Shown piece by piece: positions 1-9,118 of a stretch of 64,000 nt of DNA. The notes under the pieces were generated by a model. It was given only the letters and a program-made list of their open reading frames with translations, had not been told where the DNA came from and did no database searches. The number at the start of each line of letters is the position of its first letter. Position 1 is the stretch's first letter. The position numbers and the translations under genes were made by a program. This DNA comes from Brevinematales bacterium (GTDB lineage Bacteria; Spirochaetota; Brevinematia; Brevinematales; GWF1-51-8). The stretch spans positions 18,205 to 82,204 of the forward strand of contig JABLXV010000008.1 of NCBI GenBank assembly GCA_013177895.1, written 5' to 3'.

Positions 1-46
1 TGAAAAATAGGAATTGTTTAACCGCTAATTAAAAATTCAGGTTTCA

Positions 47-70
47 TTTTCCGAAAAAGCATGGTATAAT
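47..70 (+). promoter_or_regulatory. candidate promoter with extended -10 (TGgTATAAT at 62-70)
   Basis: The string is ttttccgaaaaagcatggtataat. Almost the same 24-nt string recurs at 44557-44580 upstream of der. There is no good -35, so the call relies on the TG extension. Confidence 0.35.
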
Positions 71-249
71 AGCAAGGGCTTGTGGGGTAAGGATATCATT
101 GCGGGTTAATCCGGCGGGATTAGCGATGAAATCTATTAAACTATTACCCGGTCAATAGAACGGTTACCGGTGAATGCGGTAAAGTATCCCCGCAGGAAGG
201 GGAGTTCCCGCATCATTATATATACCCATAGAGTTAGGGGAGGAAATGA

Positions 250-783
250 ATGAAACGTTTACTGATGATAGCGGGGATAGTTTTATTAACAGCAGGCTTG
301 ACCTACCCGAAAAGCGCCATCGACTTCGGCGGGGGCGTTTGCCTCTTCGGGGACGCGATGGGCTTCTCCATCCAGGCGGGGTTCAAGCAGAGCCTCGGGG
401 GATGGATGTCGATGTTCGGGAGTCCTATGAACGGCGGTATCGCCGACGACCTGTTCGTATCGGTCGGACTTAACACCGACTTCGTGCCCGTCGAGTTCGG
501 GATTACCACAATCGAGCCGGGCATCTCCGGGAGCTACCGGATCAGGCTGTTCGAGGGATTATCGCTATATCCCGCAGTCGGGTTGGGCGTGCCGATAAAT
601 ATATTCACCCTCAAGGGCGTCGCGACCACCAGCGCGGGATTTATGCTCCGCGTCGGCGGGCGCGTGGGATACCAGATTATAGAATCGCTCGAAGCGGGTA
701 TCGGCGCGGATTACCGGATGAATCTCACAGGGGTCTTTATCGGCTCTGTCGGTATCTTTGCCTATGCGTCGTTGACCATATAA
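250..783 (+). CDS. small secreted, beta-barrel-like outer-membrane protein (hypothetical)
   Basis: RBS aggggagg lies just upstream. The N-terminal signal peptide is MKRLLMIAGIVLLTAGL. The mature part is Gly/aromatic-rich with an alternating pattern. It is the first gene of a 4-gene same-strand cluster with 9-13 nt gaps. Confidence 0.6.
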   Translation: MKRLLMIAGIVLLTAGLTYPKSAIDFGGGVCLFGDAMGFSIQAGFKQSLGGWMSMFGSPMNGGIADDLFVSVGLNTDFVPVEFGITTIEPGISGSYRIRLFEGLSLYPAVGLGVPINIFTLKGVATTSAGFMLRVGGRVGYQIIESLEAGIGADYRMNLTGVFIGSVGIFAYASLTI

Positions 784-796
784 TCCGGGGGGTATT

Positions 797-2290
797 ATGA
801 AACGCGTTCTACGTACCTTATTTTTCAGTATAATTTTCCCCGCGGCATTGTTCTATAACGCCTGCGCGGTGCAGGGGTCGTTATCATACGAACTGACGGT
901 TACCAATGTCGTCCAGCCGAACCTGAATATTACCAACTATTATACGGTTATCGAGCTTGTGAAATATACCAATGTAAGCATTATCACCAACCATGTGCAG
1001 ATCACTAACGACGGGTATGTCCTGCAGGGGAATATCTATATCACGAATACGTTCAACGAGCAGTGGGTACAGCCCACGTTCAAGATAATGGGGACTATCG
1101 ACGGGGATATCGTCAACTTTATTCCCGACGGGAGCGCGTCGTTAAACGTCACTGTCACCAATAGCGGGTTTATCACCAACGGGAAGGTATCCACCCCGTC
1201 GCCCGGATTGAAGGCGTGGGAGGCGGTCGTATTCCAGGAGACCGCGCCCTATATTTTCGTCAAGGTCTCCGCGAATCTGACCGGGATCGGTTCCTACTCG
1301 ATGGCGCTGAATTTCCATGTGAAGAACTCTCCTTATATCACCTACGATAAGTATTTCGACGGGATTGTCACGAATGTCGATACGCTGACACTGAGCGGAA
1401 AAAGTTATGTGACCGCGCCCGATACGATCACGAAAGTCCTTCTCGTACAGCTCGACGAGAACGGGGGTACGAATAATATTTATACCCCGACCCTCGGGCT
1501 GAATGTTACGGGGTGGACGAACACCGTCAACTCTAAGACATGGACGGACTTGATCTCTCTGACCTACGGTATGAATTATTTCTATCCCTACGCGATCTCG
1601 TCGGCGAGTATTACGAACAGTTACCCGTCGTTTATCATCAATAAAGCTCTGCTCGGGGTGGACGGGATAAAAGAAGCGTTATGGAATACCGCCCCGCTGA
1701 TGGGGCAGTCGGCTGCCGCGACTTACAACGGCTACAAACTCTCCGACTTTCGGATGACGAACGACGCGAATAACCTGTACTTCTGGATCGGCGCGGGGAA
1801 CCTTCCCGTACCGCCGTCCGACTATAACGGCGTCCGTATCGCGGTGACCCTCGACACCAAGCAGGACTCCGCCGGTATCTCGAAAGACGCGTGGGGCGGC
1901 GTATTCGTATTCAATCCGACGAACAACTTTCTGCCGGATTACCAGATACAGTTCCGCATTCAGACCGGCGGCGGCCAGGCGGTCTACCAGGCGTCCGGCA
2001 CGAACTGGATCAATATCGCGAATAACTGGAGCGATTCGATGCATGGGGTGCAGATGGCGGTCTATTATACCAACGGATTCGAGATCGCGGTGCCGTTATC
2101 GTTTATCAATCTCACGTCCGGGGGTGTCGTACGCGCGATTGTGACCCTGTCCGGTATCGACGGGAGCGCCGGGAATTCGCAGGCATGGGACGCTATCCCC
2201 GAATGTTCGCTGAACCCGACGGTGACGAACGAGAACCAGACCGCGCCCACCTACCTCGGCGCGTATTGTCCGTCTTACACGGTTCAATAG
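797..2290 (+). CDS. secreted protein/possible lipoprotein with C-terminal CBM9/DOMON-like putative carbohydrate-binding domain
   Basis: The signal peptide ends ..ALFYNAC. A Thr/Asn/Ile-rich beta-strand segment follows (TVTNVVQPNLNITNYYTV...). The C-terminal segment LGVDGIKEALWNTAP...NDANNLYFWIGAG resembles the xxDGxxD...W(D/N)xxxLY pattern that is repeated twice in the 1025-aa neighbour. Confidence 0.55.
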   Translation: MKRVLRTLFFSIIFPAALFYNACAVQGSLSYELTVTNVVQPNLNITNYYTVIELVKYTNVSIITNHVQITNDGYVLQGNIYITNTFNEQWVQPTFKIMGTIDGDIVNFIPDGSASLNVTVTNSGFITNGKVSTPSPGLKAWEAVVFQETAPYIFVKVSANLTGIGSYSMALNFHVKNSPYITYDKYFDGIVTNVDTLTLSGKSYVTAPDTITKVLLVQLDENGGTNNIYTPTLGLNVTGWTNTVNSKTWTDLISLTYGMNYFYPYAISSASITNSYPSFIINKALLGVDGIKEALWNTAPLMGQSAAATYNGYKLSDFRMTNDANNLYFWIGAGNLPVPPSDYNGVRIAVTLDTKQDSAGISKDAWGGVFVFNPTNNFLPDYQIQFRIQTGGGQAVYQASGTNWINIANNWSDSMHGVQMAVYYTNGFEIAVPLSFINLTSGGVVRAIVTLSGIDGSAGNSQAWDAIPECSLNPTVTNENQTAPTYLGAYCPSYTVQ

Positions 2291-2299
2291 GAGGCCGCA

Positions 2300-4870
2300 A
2301 TGAAAAAAATGAGCGTCTATTTACTGATATTGTCTTCTGTTATTCTCGCCCTTCAGTTGACCGACTGCACCCGCCTGCAGGATTTGGAAAACATTCTCGG
2401 CAACCCCTACCAGACGAACGTGGTCGTTATCTCCAATACGTCCGCGGTCAGGACAAACCTGATCTATGTGACCAATATCATAAAAATATCCGATACCTAC
2501 TACCAGACCAATATCGTGATCGCGACGAATATCACATGGTTGTCGACGAACTTTATCCAAAAGGAGATGGTTTATCAGCCGATACCCTCGTGGCTATGGG
2601 TCTATGTCGATTCCGGCCCGTACTCCGGGTGGACTCTCCCCACCGTGCATTGGTGGGATCAGGACGGGAATACCGGCGAGGCCTCCAAGCTGTCGAACGT
2701 CAGCGACGGGTATGTCACTTGGTGGGTTTTCCAGATCACGGGTATCGATATCCAGAAGCGGATCGGCGTCAAGGTGCATAACAATAACTGGGCGGATGTC
2801 GAGCCGATTAAGACCGAGAACGGCAATAAGTACGACCGTATTATCAAGATGCCTATCCTGACCAAGGTGGACGATTCGATGTACAGCACCACCACCACCA
2901 ACGGGACGAATATCTGCACGACGAATTACGTCACGACCCTCATATCGACCTACGATAAGGTGTTCGTATACCCGCCCGCGCAATGGTATCAATCGTTCCC
3001 GTACCTCCTCGAGACCGAGACGAACCTCTTCCGCGACCCGCCGGGGCAAAGCTCCGGGTGGCTGTGGGACCAGTACCTCGGCGCGAATTACTGGGGCGGC
3101 GGGGTGACCTGCTTCATGTTCTATGCCCCCAATGTCCGCAAGGTCATGGTCGAGGGGACTTTCTCGTCATGGAAGCCCGTGCCGATGTATCTGTCGACCG
3201 ATAAGACGTTCTGGTGGGCCATTCTGTCGAACACCCAGCCGGGCGACGCGTACAAGTTCGGGGTGGAGAAGTACGCCAACGAGTGGGGCGGGCCGTTTAC
3301 CGACTGGATCACCGATCCCGCCGCGAAGAAGAACAAACATACCGGGCCGTATAACGAGTCCTATATCGTCGATCAGGCCGCCTTCCAATGGGAGGACGGC
3401 TCGTGGAGTAAGCCCGGCTTCGAATATTACTCGATCTACCAGATGCACATGCGGACGTTCTATACCAACGGCGAAGGGAGTTACTGGGGCTGGGGGACGT
3501 TCTATACCGCGACGAATAAGCTGAACTATGTCAAGGATATGGGGTTCACGGCGGTCGAGCCGCTCCCGATACATGAGTTCGCGGGCGACCAGTCGTGGGG
3601 ATACAACTATGTCCTGTTCTATTCGCCTGAGACATCGTACTGCGCGTCCGAGAGCAGTCCCGACGCGTTCAAGGTGTTTGTCAACGAGTGCCATAAGCGC
3701 GGACTGGCGGTGGTCGCCGATCTCGTGTTCAACCATATGGGGGCGAGCGACGACGTGCTGGGATTTATCGACCCGGCGGTCGACTGGAACAGCCCGAACA
3801 CGTATTTTTATATGTATAAGACCGACTGGGGCCCGCGCTTCAACTACGCGAACCCGGTGATCGCGAAGTTCCTGACGGACAGCGCGGTCTACCTGATGCA
3901 GTACTACCATATCGACGGGTTCCGTTTCGACGCGACCTACTACATACACTGGAATAATTCCGCGAACGACGGCGGAAACTTCCTCTATAATATGACCCGC
4001 GCGATCAAGTCCCGCGCGGCGGGGATGCCCTGCGGCGCGAACGTTATCCTGATGGCGGAGAATCTGCCGAACGACCCGTGGATAACGGGCGACGGGGGAT
4101 TTAACTTCCAGTGGAACGCGGATATGGCGCACGAGCTGAAAAAGCTGTTCACCTCCGGGCCGAGCGCGGTCAGTATCGCAACGATAGCAGGGAATCTCAA
4201 CGCGGCGAGTATGGTGCAGTACGCCTGCTCGCACGACGAGGCCGCGAACGGGAAGGAGCGGATGGCCGCCGACCTGCACTACGTGCGCGGGTGGGAGAAC
4301 AACGAGTACAACGCGCAGTGCCAGATGGTGACCGCACTCGCCACGGTGCTGATGGGAAAGGGTGTGCCGATGATACTCATGGGTGACGAGACCCTCGAGG
4401 GTTTCTACGACGACCCGTACTGGGGGCCGCCTTATAACGCGCGATATTTCACGGATTCGAAGGCGCTGAGCTGGAATAACGATTATTATAACCGCACCGA
4501 CGGGTATCCTGTCAGAGTGCAGGCAGCATGGACAGCCGCGGCGATAAAAGACCTCGCGTGGGTACGCAAGAATAACGATGCAATTAAGTATTACGATATC
4601 AGCGTGTTCCACCAGAACGAGACGGGAAAAATCATCGCCTTCACGCGCGGCGGGAATATCCTCGTCGTTATCAACTATAACAAGCTATCCTACGGCGGAT
4701 ACTCTCTCTGGTTCCCCTCGGGGCAATGGGACCTGATATTCGCGCACCCGAGCGGAACTTACGGCAACTCGTGGGCGGACTCCTATTTCTCCGGGTATAT
4801 TTCCTCCGGCGGGGAGAATCACAGTATCGGGCTGCCCGAGTACGGCGTCCTTGTCTACAAGAAGCGGTAG
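2300..4870 (+). CDS. secreted/lipoprotein GH13 alpha-glucan-active enzyme (branching-enzyme/TreZ-like) with CBM48-like module
   Basis: GH13 conserved regions are visible: VADLVFNHMG (I), GFRFDATYY (II), ILMAENLP (III) and YACSHDEA (IV). A CBM48/E-set-like segment is present (GVTCFMFYAPNVRKVMVEGTFSSWKPVPM). The signal peptide ends LQLTDC and the RBS is aggagg. Confidence 0.85.
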   Translation: MKKMSVYLLILSSVILALQLTDCTRLQDLENILGNPYQTNVVVISNTSAVRTNLIYVTNIIKISDTYYQTNIVIATNITWLSTNFIQKEMVYQPIPSWLWVYVDSGPYSGWTLPTVHWWDQDGNTGEASKLSNVSDGYVTWWVFQITGIDIQKRIGVKVHNNNWADVEPIKTENGNKYDRIIKMPILTKVDDSMYSTTTTNGTNICTTNYVTTLISTYDKVFVYPPAQWYQSFPYLLETETNLFRDPPGQSSGWLWDQYLGANYWGGGVTCFMFYAPNVRKVMVEGTFSSWKPVPMYLSTDKTFWWAILSNTQPGDAYKFGVEKYANEWGGPFTDWITDPAAKKNKHTGPYNESYIVDQAAFQWEDGSWSKPGFEYYSIYQMHMRTFYTNGEGSYWGWGTFYTATNKLNYVKDMGFTAVEPLPIHEFAGDQSWGYNYVLFYSPETSYCASESSPDAFKVFVNECHKRGLAVVADLVFNHMGASDDVLGFIDPAVDWNSPNTYFYMYKTDWGPRFNYANPVIAKFLTDSAVYLMQYYHIDGFRFDATYYIHWNNSANDGGNFLYNMTRAIKSRAAGMPCGANVILMAENLPNDPWITGDGGFNFQWNADMAHELKKLFTSGPSAVSIATIAGNLNAASMVQYACSHDEAANGKERMAADLHYVRGWENNEYNAQCQMVTALATVLMGKGVPMILMGDETLEGFYDDPYWGPPYNARYFTDSKALSWNNDYYNRTDGYPVRVQAAWTAAAIKDLAWVRKNNDAIKYYDISVFHQNETGKIIAFTRGGNILVVINYNKLSYGGYSLWFPSGQWDLIFAHPSGTYGNSWADSYFSGYISSGGENHSIGLPEYGVLVYKKR

Positions 4871-4879
4871 GGGGCGGAT

Positions 4880-7800
4880 ATGAAAAACTATCGTCAATAT
4901 AAAATCGCCCTCGCGGCGTTATTCGCGGTAATAGTTATCTCCGGGTGCAGTTTCCGGGACAAGACTCTCGACGGCAATACCGAGCCGCCGGTCGATTGGG
5001 GCACCGCGATCATCCCGAAGATCACGTTCGCGGATCCCGCGCCGGGGGTGTCGATACAGACCCCTTATACGATGAAGATATCGATTACCGACGACGGGAT
5101 GATCACGAACGCGTACATCATCTTCGTCGGGCAGACCAACGCCCTCAACTTCAACACCACCAACGGGTATTACGAGTACGATATACAGTCGATGCCGGAC
5201 GGGCTGCATTCCGCGATAGCGGTCGCGGTGGACGACGACGGCAATATGGCGCGGAACGCGATGACGGTGATTGTCGCGAACCCGAGCGGCACCCCGTCCA
5301 TCCTGTGGACGAAGCCCGCGCAGAACGCGTGGATTACCTCCGGGGTGATCAACGGGACATACTATGTCAACAACGGGACGCTTCTCGCGGTAAACGCGGT
5401 ATCGGTGCTGACCAACGGGGTGTTCGCGGGATACGCGGCGTACGGGTCGGGCAACTGGAGCTATCCGCTCGACGTTTCCGCGATACCGGACAGCAATACG
5501 GTGTCGCTATCGGTGATCGCGGCCGCGAAGGGCGACAAGGCCGCGACCAACACGATATCAGTGAAGATAGATAACGAAACCCCGTCGGCGGCCCTGACTC
5601 TGCCCGCCGATCTGGCGAATGTCGCCAATACGGGATTCACGATCTCCGGGTCGTCCGCGGACGGGGTCAGCGGGATATCCTCCACAGTGGTCAGTATTCC
5701 CGGGATATGGCAGACCAACCTCGGCGCAGGCGCGTTCAGTTTCGCGTTCCCCGGGGTGCTCTACGGCGGGACGAACCGCCTGATTGTCACGGCGGCCGAT
5801 AAGGCGGGGCTGGTCAAATCGGTCACGAACCGCATTATCGCGGTGTATCTCCCGCAGTCGTCGCTCACGAACCCCGCGCCGGATAAGGTGTTTACCTCTT
5901 CATCGGCGGCATTCGCGGGGAAAGCGTCGATGACCGGCGGGTATACTCTCACCGGGCTGACAGTCAAGGCGTCGAATACTACGGTAATGATCATCAGTAA
6001 TAAATCCCTCAGCGGGACGTCGGCGAACTGGGCGCAATCGATCGATATATCGGCGCTCGCGGAAGGCGCGTTCTATGTTATGGCATACGCGTCCGCCAAC
6101 GGGACGAACAACGCCGCGTTCGCCTCATGGACGCGCTTCTATAAGGATACCCTCGCGCCGACGAACTTTATCAATACCGCGACTGTGGCGACGAACGCGA
6201 AAAACATCCTTTTTAGTATCAGCGGGTATTCCTACGACGGCGGGAGCGGTATCGACAGGGTGCTGGTGGTGGTATCGAATTACGCCGGGGTCGCGACCAA
6301 TACCCTGTTCGGGTTCGGGGTCAGTACGCTGAACTGGGACAAGGAAGTATTCGTGCGCCTCGGGACGAACCTGATCAAGGTCAGCACGGTGGATAAGGCG
6401 GCGAAAGTTTCGACTGTGATGCAGAAGAAAGTGGTCTGCAACCGCGCGATTACGATTGACGGCGCGAACGATTTCGACAATGTGAGCGAGAAATTCTCCA
6501 CCACCGCGGCGGACTACTATACGTATGTATCATGGAACGCGAACAACATCTACCTCGGGTTCGAGGGCGCGGATGTGGGCGCGAACGACGCGAGTAAGTG
6601 GATACTTATTTATATATCGACGAATACCAACGACGCGCTCGGCAACAAACAGGGCGTCGGGTATAATACCCAGACCCCGTATCTCCCGTTCAAGGCGCAG
6701 TACCACCTCGGTCTACAGCTCCTGAATACCGGCGGGGTTATCAACGAGAGTTACGGCGCGGGATGGGCGCAGTCGGGATGGTTTACCGAAGCCGGGCATC
6801 TCTACCGCACGGGGAATTACTTCGAGGTATGTATCCCGCTCTCCGATATCGGGGGGTACTCGAAATACTATGTTACCGCATTCATGGTAAACGAACTGGC
6901 GATGAGCGAGACGACATACGCGAAACTTTACGGCGATAATCTTGCCGACGGGTACGGCACGCATCTGACGAAATATATCGCGGTCAATATCCCGGATATT
7001 ACGACCGCACCCAACAGCGCGGGGTTCAAGAAGACCGGCGACCTGATTCCCCCCACAGTCAGTATTACCTCGCCCGCGGACGGGTCGAGCACCACGAACG
7101 TGAATGTCGCGGTCAGCGGGACGGCGGCGGACACCGGGAGTTCGGTGCAGTCGGTGTACCTGAATCTCGACGGCGGGACGTACAGGAAGGTGACCGGCAC
7201 GGCAAGCTGGAGCACGAACCTGACGGGGCTGTCTATCGGCACGCACACGAATAAGGTGTATGCGGTGGATACCGCCGGAAACTCCAGCGCGACGAATACG
7301 GCGATATTTACGGTGGTCGCGGGGTTCAATACCTATCATACGCTGATTATCGACGGCGACATCGATTTTTATCCGCAAAGTGAGTACCTCGGTACAAACG
7401 GGGTGGTGACAATTGGCGCGGAGATCACATGGGACGATACCTACTTATACATCGTGATATCGAATAAGAATTTTGCCGGGGACACTGCCGCCCGATTGAA
7501 CTTCTATCTATCGACGAACACCAACGCGGGAACGGCATATTGCTTCGATTATGACGGATTAAGCGGCGCACGCGCACACCCGCATGATATCAAAATGCAG
7601 TATAATGTCGAAGTTTATCATAACGGGTCATCCGGGTACGCGAAGCTGTTCCGCGACGACGGCGCGGGGTGGTGGAATTTCACCGATCTCGGGGTGAGCG
7701 ACGCCTATATCTCATGGGACGCCTCGCATACGACGAGCGAGGTCAAGATCGCATGGAGTAAGTTTAACCTGAGCGTGGGTAAACAATTCTGGATATATGG

Positions 7801-7957
7801 GTTTGTCGCGAACGGGGGGAACGATTTCGTGTATGCGGTTTGGCCGACGGTAAACACTTTAGGCGAGGATAGTGTGAACACCTCGGCGGACAAGTATTAC
7901 CAGTTCACGATTACGAACGGGGTGGCTCCGAACGCCGCTGGGAATATTAAGCCGTAG
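4880..7957 (+). CDS. large surface lipoprotein with Ig-like repeats and two CBM9-like modules
   Basis: The lipobox is VISGCS. Ig-like segments are repeated, e.g. PPTVSITSPADGSSTTNVNVAVSGTAADTGSSVQSVYLNLDGG. Two CBM9-like modules are present: ITIDGANDFDNVSEKF...SWNANNIYLGFEG and LIIDGDIDFYPQSE...ITWDDTYLYIVISN. Confidence 0.7.
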   Translation: MKNYRQYKIALAALFAVIVISGCSFRDKTLDGNTEPPVDWGTAIIPKITFADPAPGVSIQTPYTMKISITDDGMITNAYIIFVGQTNALNFNTTNGYYEYDIQSMPDGLHSAIAVAVDDDGNMARNAMTVIVANPSGTPSILWTKPAQNAWITSGVINGTYYVNNGTLLAVNAVSVLTNGVFAGYAAYGSGNWSYPLDVSAIPDSNTVSLSVIAAAKGDKAATNTISVKIDNETPSAALTLPADLANVANTGFTISGSSADGVSGISSTVVSIPGIWQTNLGAGAFSFAFPGVLYGGTNRLIVTAADKAGLVKSVTNRIIAVYLPQSSLTNPAPDKVFTSSSAAFAGKASMTGGYTLTGLTVKASNTTVMIISNKSLSGTSANWAQSIDISALAEGAFYVMAYASANGTNNAAFASWTRFYKDTLAPTNFINTATVATNAKNILFSISGYSYDGGSGIDRVLVVVSNYAGVATNTLFGFGVSTLNWDKEVFVRLGTNLIKVSTVDKAAKVSTVMQKKVVCNRAITIDGANDFDNVSEKFSTTAADYYTYVSWNANNIYLGFEGADVGANDASKWILIYISTNTNDALGNKQGVGYNTQTPYLPFKAQYHLGLQLLNTGGVINESYGAGWAQSGWFTEAGHLYRTGNYFEVCIPLSDIGGYSKYYVTAFMVNELAMSETTYAKLYGDNLADGYGTHLTKYIAVNIPDITTAPNSAGFKKTGDLIPPTVSITSPADGSSTTNVNVAVSGTAADTGSSVQSVYLNLDGGTYRKVTGTASWSTNLTGLSIGTHTNKVYAVDTAGNSSATNTAIFTVVAGFNTYHTLIIDGDIDFYPQSEYLGTNGVVTIGAEITWDDTYLYIVISNKNFAGDTAARLNFYLSTNTNAGTAYCFDYDGLSGARAHPHDIKMQYNVEVYHNGSSGYAKLFRDDGAGWWNFTDLGVSDAYISWDASHTTSEVKIAWSKFNLSVGKQFWIYGFVANGGNDFVYAVWPTVNTLGEDSVNTSADKYYQFTITNGVAPNAAGNIKP

Positions 7958-7962
7958 GGGCC

Positions 7963-7988
7963 GGTCATCGAGCGCAGTCGAGATGACC
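7963..7988. repeat. hairpin copy of the 20-nt YAYYGAGCGNAGYCGARRTG motif family
   Basis: ggtcatc-gagcgcagtcga-gatgacc forms a perfect 7-bp stem. It lies 6 nt after the stop of the 1025-aa gene, between convergent genes. Confidence 0.6.
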
Positions 7989-8014
7989 TATTAAATATGT
8001 CTCAGGATATTGAA

Positions 8015-9118
8015 TCACCACAGGTTATAGATCCGTTCGCCCATCCGGTCGAAGAATTTCGCCCGTTCGAGCGGGATATAGATCCGCATCTCCTGCCACT
8101 TCTCGACAGGATAGTCTAACGGGAGCTCTATCCCGAACAGTTCGCCCATCGCGAACTCGCTCGCGAACGCCTTCTCCGTAGGGCGTTCGATATACGCAAT
8201 CTTCTTATGCTCGTGTATCAGGTTCTCGATAATCGCGACCTTCCCGTCGATAGGGATGGAATCCCTGACCTCGGTTATCGAACATTCCCCGGGGCGGATA
8301 GTGAGCGAGTACCCGACACGCCCGTTAGTCGCAGTTTCCACCTCCTCCGCGCGCAGGAAATTCGTGGTCTTCTCGCCGATAAAAAGCGATACGAAGTAAC
8401 GCTTCGGGTTCTCGTAGAGGCTGGTATAGGTATCGGCCTGCTCGATACGCCCCTGATACATCACGGCGATCCGGTCGGCGACCTCGGCGATCTCGATCTG
8501 GTTATGCGAGACATAGATCGCGGTAACCCCGTGGTCCTTCACGAGCTTGCGGAGGGAATGGCGTATCTCGTTACGCAGGTTCTCCTCGACATTCGACAAC
8601 GGCTCGTCGAGCAGGATGAACTCCGGCAGTACCGATATGGCCTTGCCGATCGCGACGCGTTGGCGCTCGCCCCCGGAGATATATTTCGGGCGGCGGTCTA
8701 ACAGCTTCTCCTCGGTGATATGGAGGAGCGACGTGACCTCGCTCAGGCGCACTTCCGGCGATACGCCGAACTCTTCTTTCCTGAGGAACGGGAACAGTAT
8801 ATTTTTCCTGACCGACAGGTGCGGGTAAAGGACATAGTCCTGAAATACCATCGACATCCCGCGCTTGGAGGGCGGTGTCTTAGTAATATCCGTCCCTTCC
8901 TTCAGAACCTGCCCGTGCAGGGGCTGGATCAGCCCGGCAATCGCCTTGAGGAGCAGGGTTTTCCCGCACCCGGTGGGGCCGACTATCCCGAGGATTTCAC
9001 CCTTGGGGATGGACAGCTCGATATCGCGGACGACGTAGTCCCGAGGGAGGGCGGAGTCGACGCTGGATAACGGGACGCTCAGGCGACGAAGCTCGAGGAA
9101 CGGGGTTTCGGCGTTCAT
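8015..9118 (-). CDS. ABC transporter ATP-binding protein, MalK/UgpC/PotA-like, with C-terminal regulatory/TOBE-like extension
   Basis: Walker A is GPTGCGKT, the signature is ISGGERQRVAIGKA, and Walker B is ILLDEPLSN. Its ATG overlaps the mgtE stop (ATGA at 9115-9118). No permease or binding-protein gene is adjacent. Confidence 0.85.
   Translation of the reverse strand: MNAETPFLELRRLSVPLSSVDSALPRDYVVRDIELSIPKGEILGIVGPTGCGKTLLLKAIAGLIQPLHGQVLKEGTDITKTPPSKRGMSMVFQDYVLYPHLSVRKNILFPFLRKEEFGVSPEVRLSEVTSLLHITEEKLLDRRPKYISGGERQRVAIGKAISVLPEFILLDEPLSNVEENLRNEIRHSLRKLVKDHGVTAIYVSHNQIEIAEVADRIAVMYQGRIEQADTYTSLYENPKRYFVSLFIGEKTTNFLRAEEVETATNGRVGYSLTIRPGECSITEVRDSIPIDGKVAIIENLIHEHKKIAYIERPTEKAFASEFAMGELFGIELPLDYPVEKWQEMRIYIPLERAKFFDRMGERIYNLW

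Noticed and set aside
71-249. Cobalamin riboswitch in the first leader
   Set aside because: Only a ggtgaa..gcgg fragment resembles the core. The B12 box and the GCCACTG element are absent. It is reported only as an unclassified leader.
3167-4612. 481-aa minus-strand ORF inside the GH13 gene
   Set aside because: It is antisense to a gene with all four GH13 conserved regions. The Arg/Val/His-rich low-complexity translation is typical of GC-rich antisense frames. The same reasoning applies to the ORFs at 13130-14107, 32698-33735, 33536-34228, 44625-46013, 53134-54027 and 58666-59346.
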